From NCBI RefSeq assembly GCF_006345805.1, contig NC_043000.1, forward strand, positions 91,636,001 through 91,700,000: 64,000 bases of DNA, in the 5' to 3' direction. This document shows positions 54,329-64,000 of the stretch, piece by piece. A program made the translations under genes and the position numbers. Under the pieces are notes generated by a model. That model was not told where the DNA came from and ran no database searches. It saw only the letters and a program-made list of their open reading frames with translations. Each line of letters begins with the position of its first letter. Positions within the stretch are counted from its first letter, which is position 1. Source of the DNA: Octopus sinensis. Its lineage: Eukaryota.

Positions 54329-54530
54329 GCCCGTGTCTGTGTCCACTACCACCGCTTGGAAACTATTGTTGGTTTGTTAACATCCACGTAGCTTAGCAGT
54401 TCCACAAGAGAGACCGATAGAAAAATACCAGGCTTGATAAAAAGTACTAAAGTCGATTTGTTCGACTAAACACTCCTCAAGTCGGTACCCCAGCATTGGC
54501 TGCAGTCTAACGACGGAAACGAGTGCAATG
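53931..54530 (+). mobile_element. SINE family A with a hammerhead-bearing element (54133-54290) inserted in its internal (TA)n
   Basis: Head 53931-54095, (TA)n, insert, (TA)n, then tail 54330-54530. Confidence 0.85.
54162..54197 (+). ncRNA. Minimal type I hammerhead-like motif, U6 core variant
   Basis: CUUU-CUGUAGA-A-GAGC(GUAG)GCUC-GAAAC-GUA-AAAG. Confidence 0.7.
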
Positions 54531-55140
54531 GATAAAATATAAGTTATTCGTTGTATAATCTAGTCGTAAATAAGACGGAGTAGTCACGGCTGGAATACCT
54601 TTGATATTAGAACAGCACAATCTGAATTGACGATGGTCTAAATAACAACAGCAACAGCAACAACAACAATGATAGTAACCACAATTTCCCAACAGTTTTA
54701 AACCCGGAAAACATCATGTATGTTTGTTTATATGTCATTCCAAGCACAGTCCACTCAACTCTGTTGCATATCTTTGCGGCTTTCCACAAGTGAACTTATT
54801 TTTCCTTTTCTCTAAAACGTACTCGGCTTTTATATTCGCTTGGTAAAACACTGATGACATCTCTAAGGAATATTTTCCCCCTGATCAAAATTAACCAAAG
54901 CGAATTTCATTGGTTAATGCAATCCTAATTCCCAACCAAACCAACAACACGTGTATATTTCAAGCTGCATTCTACCAGAAGAAACTAATTAAAAACTGCA
55001 TCTAAATGGATAATCACATGAACGTAAAAGATTGTCCTCTGGTTTTCTATTTTACTTTATCATTGTTCTAATGATCAGATTTGGTAAGGTAGTGGGGGTG
55101 CGTGAGGGTTATCTTATGCGCTAGTACATATATGTATGCA

Positions 55141-55174
<34 letters not shown>

Positions 55175-55179
55175 CATAC

Positions 55180-55243
<64 letters not shown>

Positions 55244-55297
55244 TATATATGTGTATGTATATATGTATATATGTATATATATATGTATATATGTATA

Positions 55298-55328
<31 letters not shown>

Positions 55329-55378
55329 TATATATATATACTCGCCTCCCTCACTCTCTCTCTCTCCCTCCATCTCTG

Positions 55379-55479
<101 letters not shown>

Positions 55480-55591
55480 CCATCTATATACGATTGTACG
55501 TACAATGACACATGCATACACACATATTGATCGATACACACATACAAGTGAATGACTATATGCATTTATATATATATTACATATATGCATT

Positions 55592-55635
<44 letters not shown>

Positions 55636-57257
55636 CATATTTATCTATATATCCCAGAGTGTGTGTTATTGTTTTTTTGTTTTTCTTTTTTTGTCTACGT
55701 CGCTTTTTCAACGTGTTTCCTTATTGCTTTTGGGGTGACATAATTTGCACCGATATTTTGCTGGATTAGGTAATAACATTATATTAATGAAAGTATTAGT
55801 ATCGCGTATGGCCGGTGGGAAGGTAAAGCTGGCACAAAAACCAGTAGAAAGATGACTTTAGGCACATATTAATGGAAATCACTTCAAAAGGACTTGAAAG
55901 TACTACAGTGGCTACTGATTTCTTCATATAATGGGAAACGAATTCATATTAACGAGATGAAACAAATTTATAAATATGACAGATTTTGCCAACTACGTGT
56001 TTCACATCATATAACGAACTTTTGCTCTTTATATATATGTATATGCGTGTGCAGGAATGCACATCTGTGAAGACATATGTGTATGTATGCGCATGGATGC
56101 GTCAGTGCGTTCGTGTTTTTGCGTATATGTGGTGTTTTGTATATGTGGTTTTATGTATATGTGTGTAGCAGTGTCTATATGATGATACCTGGAAGTTATA
56201 TCTTTATACTAGGAAGTAAATACCAGATAATTATTCTTGAGTTTCTTTTTGTATACATACATACATATATACATGCATACATACATATGCCGGTGTGTTG
56301 TGAGTGTGTTTCTACTGTCAAAATCAATCTTTTTCGTATGTGTGCGTGTGAATGCGTATATACGCCTGTGTGCGGGAACCTGTTGCGAATGGGTGTGGGT
56401 GTGTAATTGTTCACAGTAGTATTTAAAGGAGATCAGTACGAGATTGTTATCATCCAGTGATATACTGTTTACACACACACACACATATATATACATATAT
56501 ATTTATATATATATATATATATATATTAAGTATGTATATATATATATATATATACATACACACACGCACACATATATATGTACACATATTTATATGCGTA
56601 TATATATGTATATGTTTATATATATACATGCATATATATAAATACGTACATGTATGAATATTTGTAGATACACACACACACACACGTGTGTGTTAACCTT
56701 TAAATAAGAAAATCATGGTGTAACATAAATATTAGTTTCCACTGGGTACCCGAATAGATGAGGAGAAAATACCATAGAACAACATAAATTGAATGGATGT
56801 TACCCAAATAAGAGACAACTGATATTTTTTTACCCATTAAAAGTAGACAAACTACACTCACCGTATACTATACTGCAAGAATTAAATGCACCCTAGTTAC
56901 AGAATGTATAATACTTGATAAAAGTATGCATCATATAGAACAATGAAATTATGTTTAAAATAGAATATTACGCTGGAATGGTAAACCCACTTATCGACAC
57001 GAAGTTACAAACTCGTAATCCATGAAATGTACTTTGCAAAATTATGCCATAATGAAAATGCTTATGCTGACAAGGAAGTTTTGCATATGATGAGGAAAAC
57101 TCTTACATAGGACATATCAGAACAACGCTTTTTCGTCGGTTGACCAAGCGTTTTATAAGGGGTTGTTGTAAGTCCTTGGAAATAGTAAACGAAATACAAT
57201 AAGTAAAACATTAGATGATAGATAGCACTGTAAGTCTACAAGGGAATTTTATATATA

Positions 57258-57664
57258 GGCGCAGGAGTGGCTGTATGGTAAGTAGCTAGCTTACCAACCA
57301 CATGGTTACAGGTTCAGTTCCACTGCGTGGCACTTTGGGAAAGTGTCTTCTACTATAGCCTCAGGCCGGCTAAAGCCTTGTGAGTGGATTTGGTAGTCGG
57401 AAACTGAAAGAAGCCCGTCGTATATATGTATATATGTATGTGTATGTATATGTTTGTATATCTGTGTTTGTTCCACACAACATCGCTTGACAACCGATGC
57501 TGGTGTGTTTACGTCCCCGTGACTTAGCGGTTCGACAAAAGAGACCGATAGAATAAGTACTAGGCTTACAAAGAATAAATCCTGGGATCGATTTGCTCGA
57601 CTAAAGGTGGTACTCCAGCATGGCCGCAGTCAAATGACTGAAACAAGTAAAAGAATAAAAGAAT
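57258..57664 (+). mobile_element. Full-length SINE family A (reference copy)
   Basis: A-box tggctgtatgg, B-box ggttcagttcc, a CORE-like ttgggaaagtgtctt segment, an internal TA/TG tract and a (taaaagaa)n tail. Confidence 0.92.
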
Positions 57665-57854
57665 GTATATAACCTTAACACTTATGCGTGCAATAAGAAA
57701 ATGTTTATGTGCCTAATCCAGTTGACAGCCACCATGCAGACAGACAGACATATAGATACACACATGCACAAATACGCATATACATAGATACATTCATAAT
57801 ACATACATACATACATACATACATACATACATGCACACACACACATGCATGCTG

Positions 57855-58890
<1,036 letters not shown>

Positions 58891-59410
58891 AGCTAGGCCA
58901 TGCGCTCCCCTTCCCGCCCCACATGTATGTATATACACATCCACGTTTTAAAATGTATGACATGACAAAATATATTCTTTGATAAATTGGCAAAACTTTG
59001 GCCTCGCTGTGTAAACTAAATGTATCAATAAATTTGAAATACCCATCAACAGATCATCGTTACGCAAATTAAAATGACTTGTTGCTTAGTAATATGCACT
59101 ATAAAATATATATACTGTTAACAACTATAAGCTACTAATCTCTCCATGAACTGAAGTTAGACAATCTTCCTATGATGGAAATCTAAAAAAGACCAAAACA
59201 CAGACAGCTTGATCTCCAACCCCCGCACTTGTTCTACCGCCCACGAAGAGATAAAAACATGATTAAACCTTTTTGCATATTTTCCATAATGGGCTAAAAT
59301 CGTATCGTATGTTTATCAAAAAGATCCATCGCACAGTACGTTTCATGTTAATCGATTCGTACATAAATCACACACACACACACACACTCCCAGATATAGA
59401 TATAAACACG

Positions 59411-59467
<57 letters not shown>

Positions 59468-60022
59468 GTGTGTGTGCCTGTATATGTGCACGTGTATGTG
59501 TTTGTGTCAGTGTATGTGTGTGTGAGAATAGAAATTCTTGGGGTGTAAAGAATAGTATATTAAAAATAGTTTCTGATTTATGCACAAGGTCAACAATTTC
59601 AAAAGTTTAAAAAGTGGAGTTCCTCTATCTCATTGACTTCAGGACATGACTGATATTTAATTTCCTCGACCCCTAAAAGAATGAAAGACAAAGTTGACCT
59701 TGATGTGATTTGAACTCAGAACATAAAGAACTGGAAAACATACCACAAAGTATTTTTTCTAACGCTTTAACAATTTTGCCAAACGAAAAAAAAAAATATA
59801 ACCAGAAGTAATGAACGTGTAGCGGGGACATTCTGCTCTCAGATCACCACACCTGATGTCGCGATTCGCTAGAATATTACCCACGTGATTAAAAATATAT
59901 GACTTCGCCTAGAACGGGCTCTAGCAACGATTTCATCTTTTTGCGCATTTCTCTTTGAACCTATAAGTCCCAACAAATTCAGCACACCTTAACTACTTCA
60001 GGAAGAGCATTGACAGATACCT

Positions 60023-60433
60023 ATTTCTTTACTGCCCACAAGGGGCTACACACAGAGGGGACAAACAAGGAGAGACAAACGGATTAAGTCGATTATATCG
60101 ACCCCAGTGCGTAACTGGTACTTAATTTATCAACCCCGAAAGGATGAAAGGTAAAGTCGACCTCGGCGGAATTTGAACTCAGAACGTAGCGGCAGACAAA
60201 ATACCTATTTCTTTACTACCCACAAGGGGCTAAACACAGAGGGGACAAACAAGGACAGACAAACGGATTAAGTCGATTATATCGACCCCAGTGCGTAACT
60301 GGTACTTAATTTTTCAAGCCCGAAAGGATGAAAGGTAAAGTTGACCTCGGCGGAATTTGAACTCAGAACGTAACGGCAGACAAAATACCGCTAAGCAGTT
60401 CGCCCGGCGCGCTAAAGTTTCTGCCAGCTCGCC
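60023..60433 (-). mobile_element. Dimeric family B SINE with an 11-bp TSD
   Basis: A head plus two ~185-bp units. gacagatacct occurs at 60012-60022 and 60434-60444. Confidence 0.92.
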
Positions 60434-60819
60434 GACAGATACCTGAGGAGATAGCTAGTAGACACAGCGAACCCGATTTAACAAGAAAGACAATGAACAG
60501 ACAAAGGATGAAAGATATTAGAAGTCAGTAGCACGGCAAGCAACCAGCCACGCTTTATCTGCTGTTACAATCACACAAAGAAGAATAAAATTCAAACTCT
60601 CTCGACGTTTTATCGTTCGTAGTAACGACAACATTTGTTCTTTGTTTACGGGAAGAATAAAAATTTTGTTCATCAGAAATCCAACTAGATTTTTTTTCTT
60701 CTTTGCAATAAGTATATCATTTCTTCGGTTTATTTATAAATAGCTGCAACAGGCCTTTGATAGTTCCTTGGGAAATGAAATCCTACTGAAATCATCTAAT
60801 TGTGAACAGTTAGAATGTT

Positions 60820-61520
60820 GCTATTGCCAGTAGCTTACGGAATTATACAAGCTGGACAACGCTGTTAGCAGAAAACAGCTTAAGATTTCTATAGCATCGT
60901 CATTTGAGGATATGAGAGAAGCTGGCCTGATACCCACTCTGGAAATCGACAAGAACAGTCCGAACGGTCTCTTCTCGAGGACTTTCAGATCAGGGACTAT
61001 GGATAACTTGGTATGGCAGTGCTTGAGGGGTTGGGTATTAACTATTCGAGACAGGTTTTGAGGGAAGAAAGAGCCAACAAACAAACCTGTCCAAGATCCA
61101 TGTAGAGGGACGAAAACGTCCGTGTAGTAGCGATTTGTGGGGTTTTGTCTAACAGCTGCTATCTCGTGCAGGACGAATCCGGCAGTCTGTCGGATGTATA
61201 GTGAAGATCGATGTACCACTTTTCTTTGTCAAAGAAGAGAGGTAGACTTATTTATTTAGTTGCTATGACAAGATTCGTGCGAAAGGTTTGAAAACAGGCA
61301 CATTCTTATCTAGCCAAGTCCTCATCAGATTCTCCAAGAATCATTTGAAGAAGGTGAGGGTAGTAGAAAGCGGGGTACTGCCTTTAAGTGTGTTTATCGA
61401 AAGGTGGATGAGAGTAGTAAAACTAGCGAGTCTGAATAGATCTACTCTGTCTATGTTGTGTAAGAGGAAAGAAACTGGAAGATAGCATTCTTCCTTCGGA
61501 ACAGCATAGTAATCCAGGTC
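60820..61520 (-). mobile_element. Possible decayed N-terminal ORF region of a retroelement (PLE-like)
   Basis: Non-repetitive segment with coding-like composition and an interrupted reading frame (ORF 60821-61219). No catalytic motif recognised. Confidence 0.3.
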
Positions 61521-61785
61521 TTTTTGTGTAGAGTTTTCCTAGAATAACCCTTGGTGAATTCTATTTATTTATTTACTTATCTATTTATTTCTCTGACTTA
61601 TTTTTATATATTTCGTTGTATCCATTACGTTTTGTGTGTTGTATTTCGTCCTTTCGCATTGTCTTCAATGTCTTAGGACCTTGTGACCAATAAAAGGAAT
61701 CCTCCGCCTTCTCATCTACCATCCCCTCCTCTTCCATTCCTCCTCTTCTTTCTCCTCCTCCCCTTTTCCTCGTTGTTGTTGTTAC

Positions 61786-61820
<35 letters not shown>

Positions 61821-61845
61821 TATTATTGCTATTATTATTATTATT

Positions 61846-62392
61846 GAGTGAGAGAGCAGTTCATGCCATCAAAGTGACACTGGGGTAAAATATACGAAGC
61901 CCAATATACCCATCATGACAATCCGTCTGATAAGGGTACACCAGGCACATGCATCACAGCCATATGTGCGCGACATGGTGATCTCATATCAAGATAAACA
62001 GCACATGACCTTGCAGGTGGGGCCCAGTTAGAATTTTCTCCTGGTCGAGTAGCCCATCCCGCTCAAAAGGTCCCTGAATAAGGGTTGTTTAAGGATGTTG
62101 AAAGAACCACCCATGTTTCCAGAGGTGAATTATTCAAACCCCAAAGAATCCGTCTCAACACATGGCTATGATGCTCCCCCACTACTTCTGCTCGTGATCA
62201 GAGATGCACATTTCGTCAGCCACTAAGGGACATGCTCAACTGGTTAAGGTCAAACAACTGACAAGCAAATCTGTGGTATTGAGCAGAATATTTTCTGTAG
62301 CCCATCTTTTATACCAAGACAAAACAATGTACATGATAACACTTCCAATCAGTTAAGATCAGAAGCCATGAGAGCCAGTCTGGTACTGCATC
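61846..62392 (-). mobile_element. ~550-bp (AAT)n-flanked element (copy 2)
   Basis: Reverse complement of 31151-31699, with (TAT)n on both sides. Confidence 0.9.
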
Positions 62393-62414
62393 TATTATTA
62401 TTATATTATTATTA

Positions 62415-62467
<53 letters not shown>

Positions 62468-62604
62468 TTTCCCTTGTCTCTATATTTTCTATCTGCGTGT
62501 GATGTGATACAGACAATTGTATTTACTGATATTTCAAGTTCGTGGTTTCATTACGCATAAAAAACAATCTATTTTTTTTTTTGCAGGAAATGATGTTGGT
62601 CGAA

Positions 62605-63011
62605 CACCTAGTGGTGGTGATGGTGATGGTGGTACTGAGAATGGTGGTGTTGGTAGTGAGGTTGGTATTAGGGATATTTTGCTAGTGTGATGATGATGAT
62701 CATGATCATGATCATGACGACGATGACGATGATGATCATGAAGGTATGATGATGATGGTGATGCTGAGCATAATGCTTCATGATGATGGTGATGATGAGG
62801 ATGGTAGTACATTTTAGAGGCAATGATTGTACTTCTGGTGATGATTGATGTCGTTCTGGTTGCATGGTGACGTTGATGGTAGTGTTGGTAGTGGTGGTGG
62901 TAATGACGGTGGTGGTGGTCTAGGTGGTAGTGGAGTTGGTGGTAATGGTGTTAGCGATGGCATAGTGAAAGAACTCTGGGATGTTTTGGTGGTAGAAGAG
63001 ATGTACAGTGT

Positions 63012-63070
<59 letters not shown>

Positions 63071-63125
63071 TCAATGGTGTTGATGCTTGTGACGTGGTGT
63101 TGTTGACGGTGGTGGTGGCGGTGGA
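62605..63125. repeat. Compound (GGT/GAT/AGT)n microsatellite
   Basis: Direct inspection. Confidence 0.9.
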
Positions 63126-63775
63126 AAAGCTGTTTACTTGACTTGCTAGTTGTTGACCTGGAAAGACAGAAACTTCCGTTAGTGTCAAGCAGTTCCTGGT
63201 CTCTGACTGACCGAACTCGCTATGAATCATTCTAATGATTTCTCTCTAACTTAATATCGTCTCTTAATGTTGATTAAAACAAAACAACAACAGCAACAAC
63301 AACAACAGTAACAAAACAATAACAACAAAAACAAAAACAATAATAATAATAAAAATAATAATAATGATTTCTTTTATGGGCCACAAGGGCCCAAGACATG
63401 GACGACAATGTCGAAGGACGAGTAACACCATACACACACGCACACACAAAAAACACAAAACAAAATTACAAAAACATGTGGGGTTAAACTCGATCAAAGG
63501 GCGATACTACTACTTTAAAAGATATAACAGAGGATATATAATAGAAAGTAGATAAATAAATAAATAAAAATAATCCTCAATAGCGGGTCAATCCACTTAG
63601 AGTAATCCGAGATAAATCCCACAAAAATCCCAGATTACCCTGCCGTCTCCAAGGCATGGAGAAAGTGCCCTCTTCCAGTATCTTTCTTCCTGCTTAGGAA
63701 AGCATATTCAGAGTAGATCCATTCAACCTTACCAGTTTTGCAACTGTCGACCACCTTTCGATAAACACGTTAGAA

Positions 63776-63977
63776 CAGTGGTTTTTCAACCAGGGTTCCG
63801 CCAGTACTGTCCAGGGGTTCCGCAAGAAGTTACAAAACTGCTAAAATCGGCAGTAATTTTTAATTCTCCTGTGCATTTATGTGTGCATAACATTATTAAA
63901 TTATTGCACAGGGGTTCCTCGTGCCAGTGGAATGTTTCCTTGGGGTTCCGCTCCAGCAACAAGTTTGAAAAGCACTG
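63776..63977. mobile_element. hAT-type MITE
   Basis: TIRs cagtggtttttcaa / ttgaaaagcactg, and an 8-bp TSD cgttagaa / cattagaa. Confidence 0.85.
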
Positions 63978-64000
63978 CATTAGAAGGTAGCACTTCATTC

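Noticed and set aside
62814-63230. 138-aa Pro/Thr/Leu-rich ORF with an apparent transmembrane helix
   Set aside because: The poly-Leu is (CTA)n and the poly-Pro is (CCA)n microsatellite.

Overview
This is AT-rich, microsatellite-saturated eukaryotic DNA. Its SINE repertoire and (TA)n/(CA)n/(TACA)n load look like a coleoid cephalopod (octopus-type) genome, which is inference only. I found no intact protein-coding gene, and nearly all ORFs in the track are translated microsatellites. The window is a mosaic of three tRNA-headed SINE families (called A, B and C here), decayed DNA transposons (mariner, Tc1, maT, pogo/Tigger, hAT MITEs, Helitrons), and LINE 3' ends (R4/Dong-like RLE, CCHC LINE). 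It also holds Penelope-like (PLE) RT/GIY-YIG remnants. The most interesting signal is a set of short elements, mostly in (TA)n tracts, that carry hammerhead-ribozyme motifs. One is a complete type I hammerhead sitting in the loop of a ~150-bp-arm inverted repeat (29427-29494, minus). One family has a recurrent U at core position 6 (CUGUNGA). Five elements carry the two core halves in swapped order (GAAA...CUGANGA) at a fixed 27-29 nt spacing. Other signals are an apparent CpG-depletion boundary near 20-24 kb that suggests a hidden minus-strand gene, a head-to-tail dimeric SINE that retroposed as a unit, and an (AAT)n-targeted non-autonomous element beside a Dong-like LINE end.
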